A stretch of 64,000 bases of DNA from the human T2T-CHM13v2.0 reference genome, Homo sapiens. Below the pieces are notes generated by a model. That model saw only the letters and a program-made list of their open reading frames with translations, had not been told where the DNA came from and did not search any database. The translations under genes were made by a program, and so were the position numbers. The DNA lies in assembly GCF_009914755.1 (NCBI RefSeq), contig NC_060926.1. One strand, 5' to 3'. Positions 34,843 through 48,297 of the stretch are shown here, in pieces (the first letter of the stretch is position 1; the number at the start of each line of letters is the position of its first letter).

Positions 34843-34863
34843 TGCCTGCTTTTGCTCTTCCTC
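34843..34863 (-). CDS. DTNB: DTNB 21-nt microexon (EEEQKQA)
   Basis: Long polypyrimidine tract, then CTCCAG|GAG GAA GAG CAA AAG CAG GCA|GTAAGT; frame-preserving; matches the EEEQKQA segment of beta-dystrobrevin and is homologous to DTNA EEELKQG. Confidence 0.93.
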
Positions 34864-35294
34864 CTGGAGTGTTGAAGATGAAAAAAAAAGGCAGAGGAAA
34901 AAAGGAGAGAAATTAATGCCCATTAATGCCCATCACCACAAACATTGGTCAGAAATGATAGAAAAATCAGGCAAACCAGGCCAGGCCCACAGGTGCTGAG
35001 ATCAAAGGCCCCATCCCCCACAGGAGCATCAGAGGACGAAGCAAGCAGCAGGCCTCGGCCCGGTGAGTGATTCAATGCTAACTCCTAGAGCTAGAAGGAA
35101 AGAACCTTAGAAACCACCTCGCCAACATTCTTACTATAGATCAAACAGGCCTAGAGGGCCTGACCTGCCTAAGGTTCACATAGCTATTTAGGGGAATCTG
35201 AAAGAGGAAGTGCAACCATGACTTGAAATTGTAATAATAATTCTATATTCATCATTCACGATATTCACATGTGTTTAGGTACATTTATCGAGGC

Positions 35295-35472
35295 AAGTGG
35301 TTTTTGATGCATGGAACACAGACCAGCAGCATCGGCATCACCTGGGAACTTGTCAGAGATGTAAACTTTGTGCCTCACCCTATCCCCACCAAACCGAAGC
35401 TCTAGGGGTGGGCCACAGCAATGCGTTCAATCTTGTCTCTGATTCTGGTGCATACAAGTCTGAGACCCACTG
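35295..35472. mobile_element. MER5A-like fossil
   Basis: ACCAGCAGCATCGGCATCACCTGGGAACTTGTCAGAGATG. Confidence 0.7.
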
Positions 35473-35796
35473 CCCTCATCACTTCCCAACTAGCAATTCT
35501 GCCCACTACAGGTTCTTTTCTTATTTGGTCCCCTCTCCACACTAAACATGTTGGAACTGTATCCCCGTCTACTTGCTTTCAGGCACAGTCTTTTTTTTTT
35601 TTTTTTTTTTTTTTTTTCAGTGAGTCCCATACATACACAACTTCCCCCAGTAAACTGGAAACTGTTTGGAGACCCTGAAATGTCATTCAAAAAAGAATTC
35701 TTGACCTCAGTTTTTCATTAATTCAATACAGGTTTATTTAGTACCTCTTATGCAGAAAGCACTGGAAACAAAGAAATGGTCTCTGTCATCTAAATC

Positions 35797-35797
35797 A

Positions 35798-35840
<43 letters not shown>

Positions 35841-36088
35841 GACAGAGTTTCGCTCTTGTTGCCCAGGATGGAGTGCAATGGTGCGATATGGGCTCACTGC
35901 AACCTCCACCTCTGGAGTAGCTGGGATTACAGGCATGTGTCACCATGCCCGGCTAATTTTGTATTTTTAGTAGAGATGGGGTTTCACCATGTTGGTCAGG
36001 CTGGTCTCTAACTCCTGACCTCAGGTGATCCGCCTACCTTGGCCTCCCAAAGTGTTGGGATTACAGGTGTGAGCCACTGCACCTGGCC
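35797..36088 (-). mobile_element. Alu with an internal deletion; tail is an (ATCT)n microsatellite at 35797-35840
   Basis: TSD GGTCTCTGTC. Confidence 0.9.
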
Positions 36089-37692
36089 GGTCTCTGTCTT
36101 TTAGAACCTTATGGTGATGGAACACAGAGCAGGCACTTGCTGGCTATTAGCTGACTGCCCAAATGAATGCACTATCAGACACTGCAGGAAAAAGGATAAA
36201 GAGAACACTTTCAAGTTTCTCTTTCTTCAGTTCTTTGCTACTCATCTACTCTGTCTTTTAATGGGCCTCTTCCACTTCCTCCTTCTGTGCCTCACCATGG
36301 GTCACTGTGGTCAGGGAGACTCAGCTCTTTGGCCTAGTATGTAAATCTAAAAGCTGTGCAATGGTTCTATTTAAATTGGAGCAATTCATGCAGCCAGTCT
36401 TTACTGAACATGTACGTGCCTAGGAAGTCTCAGGAATGGGTAAGTGCTCCTGCTCCCACACAGTCTACAGACCTGGGTGCAATGGTGAGAAAGACCTCAG
36501 TAAAGCAAAGGAATTACGAAAGGGAGAGGGTGAGTAAACACTTGGAGAACATAATTTTTATTACTGCAAGGGACAGACAGGGACTAGAAATAAATGGGCA
36601 CCGAGAAATCTCTTAAGGAGACTCCCAACTCAGCACGGGAAGGTGCTCTTCACAATCAAAGCCAGATGCTGGATGCCTGACCAAAGCCAAACTCACAGGA
36701 GCCTAGGCACAGAGCGCTGAACACTGGCTCTGGCAGCGGGAAGGAATTAGAGCGCTTCTGCTTTTGCACCTGCTTTGCAGTTAGGAAGCAAGCTCTCTTC
36801 CTTGCCAGACTTCCCTTTGGGGCAGGACACTTTTCTTATATTCTTGAGGCAAGGCAAACAGTCATAGGACAGTTATTAAACAATTATAAAATGTGTTTTC
36901 ATTGCTGGCACTGTGTTGAAGTGGAAAGTGCGATGGTTGGGGAGGGATGGGGCAATCCTAACAGGCTGAAATTGTATCCAAGGTCAAAAGACCAGTATGT
37001 AATTTCTTAGAACTGTTTCTAAGACATCTCCCTACTTCCACAGTTTTCTCCAGGTTTGGTATTAAAGAGAACACTGCTGTGGCTCAACAGAATAGGGAAA
37101 TTCAGAAAGCAATGTTTCATACTTGGACATCTGGTGATTGCAATTTAAGTTTGTCAGAAGAGAAACCGTAATTTGCAGTAGATATATCAGGTTAGGCTGG
37201 GGACAGTGGGCAGGGCAGCGCTTCCAGGACTTACAGGCCTTCCATGTGGCCTGGTACTGGGGAGAGAATGGACTTTGGCAAAGTGTTATTTAGGATAGTG
37301 TTGTATAATTTAAACTCACAAAACTTATTCAGATAAAGCCCTTAAGGCTCTGTCAACACAGTAAACAGGTCAGATCCCAGGTCTGAGAACCTCTGTGTTA
37401 TCAACTAGTCAGGTGGGGTCACTAAATATTGACTGATGACAAGGGATAGAGCCAACGTGATTTAAAAGGGGGTAATACCTTAATTATAAAGTGTAAACTT
37501 AGAACTGCTTATGTCACCTAAAAACATGTGAGTCTCTTCCACATGAATGAGGTCTGGCAAGGTGGCCAAAGCAATGACATAGCCACTGTAGTCATTTACA
37601 TAAAAATTTACACTCAAACTAGATAAGCATTTGCAAATGAGGTTGAAATTCAAAACTGCAGAATTCATCTGGTAAATGTAAATGAGTTTCCT

Positions 37693-37998
37693 TTTCTCTT
37701 CTTTTTTTTTTTTTTTTTTTTTTTGAGATGGAGTCTCACTGTGTCGCCCAGGCTGGAGTGCAATGGCGCGATCTCGGCTCAGTGTGACCTCCGCCTCCTG
37801 GGTTCAAGTGATTCCCCTGCCTCAGCCTCCTGAGTACCTGGGATTATAGGCATGCACCACCACATCTGGCTAATTTTTGTATTTTTAGTAGAGGTGGGAT
37901 TTCACCATATTGGCCAGGCTGGTCTTGACCTCAGGTGATCCACCTGCCTCGGCCTCCCAAAGTGTTGGGATTATAGGCATGAGCCACCACGCCTGGCC
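37693..37998 (-). mobile_element. Alu
   Basis: TSD AAATGAGTTTC. Confidence 0.93.
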
Positions 37999-38201
37999 TG
38001 GTAAAATGAGTTTCAAAAGCAATATCAGACAAATGGAAAATGAAGTAGAACATGGATTAGAAACACCAACACATAAACACTTCTAGATTAAATAGGAAGT
38101 TTTTTTGAGGTCAGTAATTAATTAATACTCATTAATCAGGTAAAAAGTATAAGGGAAAGATATGTAGAGAAACATGAATGCCTGAGTGTCAGTCTACATT
38201 A

Positions 38202-38520
<319 letters not shown>

Positions 38521-38932
38521 AAGGAGGGTCCTTGATACTCCTTGATTGATCAGGGATTGAGTCTAGTCACCATGATATGCCAAATAACTAATGTGACACT
38601 TAGGAACTCAATAGATTTTTGTTAAAGAAACAAAAAAATTAATTTTAACCCTGCTTTATTCCAAAAAAGGATTAAGATTTTTGTTGAATGAATTAACAGT
38701 GATGTCACTTCTTATGTATGCTTCTTTAAATTATCATTTCAGATAGAAGATAAAGTACATAATAGTTTCCTGAAGCAGCAGAATGAAAGAACTCTCTGTG
38801 GCATGAAAATTTACTGTGAGATGTATTTTAATTTATGAGTATCTCAGACCATGTGGCTTGATTGTCCATCTGACTAACTGCTTCCGACTATTTTATGAGA
38901 GAATTAAATGCTAGCATACTGAACATCAATAA

Positions 38933-39293
<361 letters not shown>

Positions 39294-39943
39294 TGATGAA
39301 TATATATTTCTAATAGTAGGAAAACACTGAAATTTTAACAGAAGTCAGTAATTCCTGTGTATGACCTTTCAGGTATGCATATAATACAAAAATTAAGATT
39401 ACGTGGTAATTCTTTTAGGAAGCTGGACACTAAAGGCATGAGATTTTCGACTGTGAATTCTAGCCAATGGATAGAAAGGCAACATTCCTAGATTTGTGTT
39501 TGCAAATTCTTCCTCCCAGTCTGAACAGCCTTAGCCTGTCAGACGGGTAAATGATATTTAAGAACCTGGCAGGGGATCCTACAGGGGCAGCAGTGTCCTG
39601 CTTATTTTTCTGAAATTACTGCTGCAAATATAAAGAAACTCAGGGTTTGGGATCAGAGTTGCGGGCATTAGCTCGTTCTGCTTAGCCCTTGAATACAAGC
39701 ATCAGCGGTACACTAGAAGGCCACAGTGGCATGCATGGGGCTTGGGGTCAGTAGTTCTGGGGATCACTAAGACAATCCAACTGAAAGGCAATGGTACAAG
39801 GTTACTTAGGGGAGATACACTCTGGCTTCCCTGCAGTTTACATAAACCTTTTGCCTTTTACAAAAATCACACTGGGGCACTGGGACTTTCCCATCTATGC
39901 TTGGGTAATATTTGAGAACATCTTTCTGAAAAGGGAGATGTGA

Positions 39944-40260
<317 letters not shown>

Positions 40261-41235
40261 TGGATACCCTATTATCTCCCATCCCACAGGTGTACTAACT
40301 CCATGGCAGCAGGGCTTTTAAAGCCCCACGAGGCTGCAGATGTTACACAGGCCATGTATGTTTAAGTACATCCCTGCTGTTTAGATGAGGGGCTAGGTTG
40401 CTTAGCTGGGTATCTGACAACTATTAAGAGGGATTTAGGCCACATTTTTACATAAGATTTTCTTTAAATAAGACCCATTTAGACATAAAATATTTCTGAG
40501 GAAAAATCCTGCTAACAGGGTTAATGTAGAAACATATCTATGCAAAACAACCCAAATACTCAGGGCCAAAGCTAGGGGGAAAAAACAACAACCACCACCA
40601 CCACCAACACCACCAACAACTCAGCTCATAACAAAACAGTAATTGTCTTGAGCAAGTCAAAATTCAGTTTAAAACACAAATGCTACATTTATCCAAGTTG
40701 CTAATGCCCACTAGCTTCATTACTAAGAGACTGACTTAGAATGCAGAAGTTGGAGAAAGTCTCTAAACTGATATTCTCCTGGGCTACCACTCCTGGGGTT
40801 AAGATCCTTGTCACTTCGGGCCTGGAGGATGAAATTAGTCTCCTATTATCCTTTAGTTTCTTCCCACTCTAACTTGCCCTGCGCATTTTCCTAAACTGTT
40901 ATTTTTAAAACCTCCAATGACTCCACTTTATCACAAGATTAAATTCACTCCTGTCATCTGGCTTTGGGGGCACTCCACACTTTGTGATTTTCTCTGGCTG
41001 TTAACTCGATATCATACTACAAAATGCAGGGAGTTCTCAGCATCGCTGGGCAGGACCTGAGAAAGTAATAGCAGGAGCAAGTATCCTGGTATTGTTGCTA
41101 TGTAACCAGGTAGATATTTCTGTTCGATGCCAATAAAATTGTCCAGGGGGAGGGCATTCAAATGCCAACCATGCCTTTCTTTGCTCAGGGGTACAGGGGT
41201 TGTAATATAACTTTCAACAACAATAGATAGACTTC

Positions 41236-41329
41236 ATATGCCTGTAGTCCTAGCCACTCAGGAGGCTGAGGAAGGAGGATCCCTTGGACCCAGCTCAAGC
41301 AAGGTTACAGTGAGCTATGATCACGCCAC
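41236..41329 (+). mobile_element. Old Alu monomer fragment
   Basis: TGCCTGTAGTCCTAGCCACTCAGGAGGCTGAG. Confidence 0.7.
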
Positions 41330-41453
41330 AAGATAGACCTGACTTATTATGCATGTATTTAGTTCCCCAGTATCCCAAACCTACAGCTAATATGCTATCT
41401 TACTCTTAATATAGTGAAGTTACTGATTAGAATGGTTTAATTAGGTTGGTTTG

Positions 41454-42100
41454 TGTGATGGTTATTTTTATGTGTCAACTTTACCAGATTAAAGGATAGT
41501 CAGATAGCTGGTAAAACATAATTTCTGGGTGTGTCTGTGAGGGTGTTTCCAAAAGAGATTGGCATTTGAATCATTAGACTGAAAAAAGATCTGCCTTCAC
41601 CAACATAAGCAGCATCATCCAATCCACTGAGGACTTGGATAGAAGAAATCGCTTGGGTGTAGCTCTAGTTTGTACAATTTAATTATTATACAATTTCATG
41701 GTATAAATAGGCTATAACTTCATAATCCATTCTACTGCTGATGATCATTTGGATTAGTTCCAATGTTTGACTGTTGTGAATAGTCAATGCCCTCAGACAT
41801 GTGAGCTCCCCAGGTTCTTGGGCCTTTGGACTCTGGGACTTAAACCAGCAACCCAACACCACCCATCTCCCAACCCACCTCCCAGATTCGGAATCACACC
41901 GTCAGTTCTCCTGGTTCTCAACCCTTCAGAGACAGACTGAATTACACCACCAGCTTTCTTGGTTCTCCAGGATGCAGATGGCATTAACATGAGACTCCTT
42001 TACCTCCATGACTGTGTGAGACAATTTCCATAATAAATCCCCTCTTAGATATCTTTATATACATTCTACTGGTCCAATTTTTCTGCAGAACCCTAATACA
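41454..42100 (+). mobile_element. MLT2-like (ERVL) solo LTR with an internal L1-like insert (about 41650-41790)
   Basis: Begins TGTGATGGTTATTTTTATGTGTCAACTT and ends CAGAACCCTAATACA. Confidence 0.8.
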
Positions 42101-42192
42101 GTTGTCTCTGTACTACTTATTGAAATAGGACACTTAATATTTGTTAAGTATTTAAGTGGAATATTTGAAAACTTGTCTTAACAGAAACTTTA

Positions 42193-42524
<332 letters not shown>

Positions 42525-42830
42525 TTAAGTAGTTGAGAAATATTATTCATTTTTACATAGCTAATATCCTATTTATAAACATTCTTATTTATTCATAAAA
42601 GCAACTGCTCGAGACATTATCCTATTTCCAGTTACTAATTTTTTAATAATCTGGCTTTGCACTAATTTAGATGACTTTTATACCCAATTAGGCTAAATTT
42701 ATCTGAAAACTGATTCTAGGCTAAAGTCAAGCCTTTGGCCTCATCCTATTCTGACATCACAGGGAGGCAGCAGCTGAGGCTGTGGTGGGAGAAGAATGAC
42801 AAGAACTGAGCGTGGGCCACGGGCTCTTAC

Positions 42831-42927
42831 CTTCAGCAACTTCATCAGCTCTTCCAGCTGGACCATCAGCTCCCGCCTGCTCTCCTGCAGGGCCGACATC
42901 CTCTGCTCCAGTTCATCCTTCCTTTGC
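42831..42927 (-). CDS. DTNB: DTNB coding exon, 97 nt ([32 protein letters not shown]), coiled-coil helix 2
   Basis: Acceptor CTTGGATAG|GCAA and donor AAG|GTAAGA; phase 2 to 0; lies inside ORF 42741..42968. Confidence 0.96.
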
Positions 42928-42989
42928 CTATCCAAGACGAGAAGCCTATCAGATAAAGAGACCCTCAAAGATGGATCTAAGGCCAGGTG

Positions 42990-43170
42990 AAATGGATTTC
43001 AGACCTGATCCTGCTACTTACCAGTTATGAGACGCTGAGCAAGTCATTTAGCATCCAGTACCTCATAAAATGGTGATAATGTCTGTTTTGCCTACTTTCC
43101 TGGACTGTTCTGAGAATAATAGGTAAAAGTGCTTTGGAAAGTTTAGATGACTATATAAAGGTATTACTTA
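42990..43170. mobile_element. MIR
   Basis: CCTGCTACTTACCAGTTATGAGACGCTGAGCAAGTCATTTA core. Confidence 0.65.
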
Positions 43171-43727
43171 TATTACCAGAGTGAATTAATGATTAAAAAA
43201 CTCTTTAGAAAATCAATGCCTTTTGAAAAATATATAAAATTAGCCCAAATTTAGATTAATAGTAAAGAAACCATATTAAACTGCTCAGAGAAAACAGGGT
43301 TCAGTAGTAAGTACTTTCAGCACTAGACAGATTCAAGAAGGATGACAGATCAGGACGGCTCCCTGTGTTCAAGAACAGTCACTTTTCCTTGAGGATAGAT
43401 TTTATGCCATCTACTCCAGCTCAATATGTCCAAAACCAGACTTAAGACTTTATTCCCTAAATGGTTTTCTTGTCTCTGTCTCTTTTTTTTTCCTTGTCTC
43501 TGTCTCTTTTCCCTGTCTCTGCTATTTTTCCTTCCAGGTGTCATGGTTGAAAAACTCAGTCCTCTTTGTTACTTTCTTCTTTATATCCTGTATTCAATCA
43601 ATAACTCAATTCAGATCATTCTTTCTTGGAAAATGTATGTGCCTATCTTTCTATTCCCATTTCTCTCACTTTATCTAAGCACTCCTTACCTCAAGCATGA
43701 AACAGTCTCCTTATGTGATTAATCCTG

Positions 43728-44029
43728 CTTTCTTTTTTTTTTTTTTTGTGACGGAGTCTCACTCTGTCGCCCAGGCTGGAGTGCAGTGGTGCCATCTTGT
43801 CTCAACTGCAACCTCCGCTTCCCCAGTTCAAGTGATTCTCCTGCCTCAGCCTCCTAAATAGCTGGGATTACAGGCATCGCCACCATGCCCAGTTAATTTT
43901 TGTATTTTTAGTAGAGATGGAGTTTCACCATGTTGGCCAGGCTGGTCTCGAACTCCTGACCTCAAGTGATCCACCTGCCTCAGCCTCCCAAAGTGCTGGG
44001 ATTACAGTCGTGAGCCACCGCACCTGGCT
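43728..44029 (-). mobile_element. Alu
   Basis: Full-length reverse complement. Confidence 0.93.
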
Positions 44030-44054
44030 CTTTCATCTTTTATGGTGAGGAAAA

Positions 44055-44240
44055 AGCAGTGAAATAGAAGTCAATGGCCTCAAAGTTGAGTATCAGCACC
44101 AGTATTTACCAAATATGCAACCTTAGACAAGTCACTTAGCCTCAGTTTTCTCTCTTCTAAAAGGGGACTAGTAACAGCAACAATATTCTGAGGATCATAT
44201 AAGGTAATAAATATGAGAGTGTTCTACGAACTTTAAACTG
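44055..44240. mobile_element. MIR
   Basis: ACCTTAGACAAGTCACTTAGCCTCAGTTTTCTC. Confidence 0.6.
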
Positions 44241-44334
44241 CCGCTCAAAACAAAGCTATGTTCATTTCATCATCCCATAATGATCTCAACAGACTTTCTA
44301 GCATCACTGACCCTTGCCTGTGCAATCGAGACCT

Positions 44335-44648
44335 ACGCTGTCTATCACAGCAGCCGCTAGCCACGCGTGACTACCGAGCCCCTGAAACAGGGCTAGGCTG
44401 AACTGAGATGCACGGCAATTGTAACATACACACTGGAATTCAAAGACTTAGTGCAGGAAACAGCAAAGTATCTGGATCATGTTTTAATACTGATTACATG
44501 TTGAAAGGACAATATTTTGAAAATATCAGGTTAAGTAAGATATACTATTAAAATTAATGACGCCTATTACTTTTTGGTTTTTCAATGAGGCTGTTAGAAA
44601 TGTTTTGATTATGTGCGTGGCCTGCATTTCTATCGGCGAGTGCGGCTC
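44335..44648. mobile_element. MER33/MER3-like hAT fossil
   Basis: GCCGCTAGCCACGCGTGACTA...GATTACATGTTGAAA...TATTAAAATTAAT. Confidence 0.7.
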
Positions 44649-45754
44649 TAGATCCCATCTACATTCCTGTCCTTAGTACCACACCTCCTATCTTATGCCC
44701 TTTGTGTCTGGACCTCCAGCTTACGGTTCATTTTTCCTAAGTGGGCTCCATCATTTTATAACTCACCTCTCTTCCAAATCTTATTCATTCCGTAATGTCT
44801 GACCCAACATCACTGTCGGGAAGCTGCTCCTGATCACTTCAGCAGGGACTGCTTGATTAAGCACTACAGTAATTAGTGCTCCTCAGTGGTACTTAATTTA
44901 CTTTACTGCTGCCATTCCTACCATGATGCAAAATCCTTGAGGTCAGGGGATGGGCCTTACTCATCCTTGCATGTATTGAAGGATTAAGAAAATATCATGC
45001 ATCCAGTATCACCTAATTAACATCTACTGAACTTACCAAAATCATGATTTGAAACTCTCCAAGGGTTTCCAATGACCTAACAATTAAGACTTTCTAGAAT
45101 CTGATCTCAATTGCCTGGCTAATTATATCTCCTATCACTGGCACTCTGAAGATTGATGTAATGAATGATTGAAAAGAAATTCTTAGTTCCAAGACTCTTT
45201 CCCTTTTCTGAAATGTGCCATAATTATTTGGGGGGAATCATGCTGAACCCCAAGTGCACTTCCAATCTGAAATGTTTTGTCCTACACTCCATCCAAATCA
45301 TTATCTACTTTTCATGGTCTAGCTCAACTTCTACCACCTCCATGGTTCCAAATGCTTCCAGAGGAAAATTAGACACACAAAGGTGGTAGGGAATAAATAT
45401 AGATATAATACCTATATTATATAGGTATTATATATGTAAAATCTTGTGTGTATACATACATTATATTATATATATTTCCCTACACAGATTTCTTATCCAT
45501 ACTGTTTATTGACATTGCACAATATTTTTTAACTATCAAATTATTTTATGTTTTGTTCCAAAACCAGATTATAAGTTTTTAGGAAGGACTCATTGTCTTC
45601 TAGTCTTCATACTCTCTACATTTCCAGTGCAGTAGACCCTCGATAAGAAGGATCTACTCATTCAATGTTCTAGGAAGACTTCTTCCTCTGAACTCCTGAG
45701 CCTGGGTGTGATATTCTTTATCTGTACTGTGTGTGACCAAACAATTACGGTATA

Positions 45755-46200
45755 AGCTGAACATGAATGAGCTACAGCTACATCCAACCACAGAGAACGA
45801 TCCTAAAGGCTAATATGGTGGGGGTAGGGGGTGGAGAGGGAAGTCCTCTGGGACTATCCCCACCATATTAGTATAATATTTCTATTAAGCTTAGAAAACA
45901 AAAAGCAAAACTAAACAGCTTATTACATAGGATAGTGATAATGCGACAATATTGTTTTAAACACAAGGTAATGATAAACCAAATTCTGGATAGGCGTTCA
46001 CCCAGTGGGGAAGGTGGAGGCAAGGAAATGGGGTAAGGGAGAGGTACTTCTATGGATGGCATTGTTTTAGTCATATTATGAGTTCTCAAATAGGATGTGG
46101 GTTTATAAGTATTCATTTGACTATTACGCTTCATATACGTTTGTCGCACACACATTCGTCATACATTTTATTGTAAGCAACGTACCATTAAAAATAATAA
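45755..46200 (+). mobile_element. Old L1ME-like 3'UTR
   Basis: ATGAATGAGCTACAGCTACAT...AAAAGCAAAACTAAAC motifs. Confidence 0.55.
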
Positions 46201-46369
46201 TAAAGGAAGAAAAGGCATCCCTGGTGGTCAAGGCTCATAGCCACTCACCCTATGGGTGAAGTTGTCTACCTTGTTTTATTATACTAGCTGGGTGCTGGCA
46301 GTCCCTGGCCTCATATATACTGATCAAAACCAGACAGATGTCAGATACCTACAAGTGAATCCAGCCCTT

Positions 46370-46775
<406 letters not shown>

Positions 46776-47501
46776 GTGATATAGGAACTGCTTTTGAGGT
46801 TAAATACTTTCTGATTACTCCAACTTCAGACCCTCATTGGTCTCAGATTTACATTTCTGCTTCTTGCTATCCTATGTGACATTCCTGGACTCAGCCCTGC
46901 TACTACATCTAAGATATTTTTCAGATCCTTCCGGCTTAACTGAGCACTTTCAGCAATCCAGTTTCAGCAACAGTTAGACTCAGGATGACAGGCCTTTTTG
47001 CTTTTCTAGATATAAAACCAGGCACTAGACAACAGGTGCATCTTACGCCAACAGCCTAGACTTACACTCTGCCCAAGTCAGCAGCATTTGTGTTCCCATC
47101 CTCCCTAGTACGACACCAGCTGTACTAACACCACAGACTTGCAGCAGTAAACCACAGAGCCACCCAAATCTCAGCCTAACTACATTGAGAAACTAAAATA
47201 AGTTTTTAAGAGAACGAAAATCTCTATACATCTAATGATTTTTTTTCACCTGCACAGTTTAAATTCTTTATGACTCTACTATGACAACTTTTATTGATGA
47301 TATAAATCTAAACAGTAGAACATCTACAGAAAACAATAATCTCCATTCTCTGGGAAAAGAAACAAGAGGCTACACAGAATCCTAGATGATAGCAAATTAA
47401 AAATCAACCTAAACAGAAAGAATCCACTATTTGAAAATCTAGAAATCTGGTGAGAAGTCACTAAATGTAGTTTCCATAATGTCTTAACTTACAGAAGAGT
47501 G

Positions 47502-47504
<3 letters not shown>

Positions 47505-47542
<38 letters not shown>
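47505..47542. repeat. (AC)19 microsatellite, read as (UG)19 in the pre-mRNA
   Basis: Read directly. Confidence 0.95.
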
Positions 47543-47544
<2 letters not shown>

Positions 47545-48183
47545 CTTTCTAAGGCTCATAGGCAATAAGACCCTAACAATGGATCAGATCACTTCTGTGA
47601 AGACTTCCCCATTCCCTCCAAAACACCATCAAACATGGTGGTGACGCTGCTCTCTATTCCCATTCTCATCCTATGTCCTTAGTTTCCTGATTCTTGAGAC
47701 ACTTTGTTTAGAAGCCATGGTGCAAGGGTTTCATGTCTCAGAGATGCGCACAGGAAGCATCCTTCTCCTTCGGCAGAGCCCTGCATTGACTGTAAAGTGC
47801 CAGGAGAATATACTCACAGGAAAGGCAAAGCATTCTTCCCGCCAAGTGTCTCTAAAGTCAGACAAATTAGCAAGGTAAGAGACAGACTGCAGCACAGTGG
47901 TCTTCTTAAAGCAATCACAGAAGTATAAACAGTGCCCTGCTGGTCCTGGAGCTGGGAGACTGGTATTTACCAAGTTCTGTGATAATGGCTGACATTCTTA
48001 GAGTGATCTCTAATGGAACCCAGACATCTGAAGCAGCAACAGAATGGGTGAACTCTTCAGTGGTCTGCGCTCACAGGATTGTTTATACTGAACAACAGAT
48101 TCTACCCCACTCCTTTGGTTTCCTCAGATAAGTTCCATCCATAGTAGATTACATGTGGCAAGTGGTAGAGTGTCCCTACTCAC

Positions 48184-48297
48184 CTCAGCAGCCGCAGCTC
48201 TGCCAGCAGCGTGGGGTTCTGCTGTGCCTTCTCAGGGGTGGGCTGGGAGGCCTGCTCGTGTTCCAGGCGGAGACGCTGAATCTCCTGCAGGATCTCT
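48184..48297 (-). CDS. DTNB: DTNB coding exon, 114 nt ([38 protein letters not shown])
   Basis: Acceptor CCTCTCTAG|AGAG and donor CTGAG|GTGAGT; phase 2 to 2; lies inside ORF 48180..48446. Confidence 0.96.
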
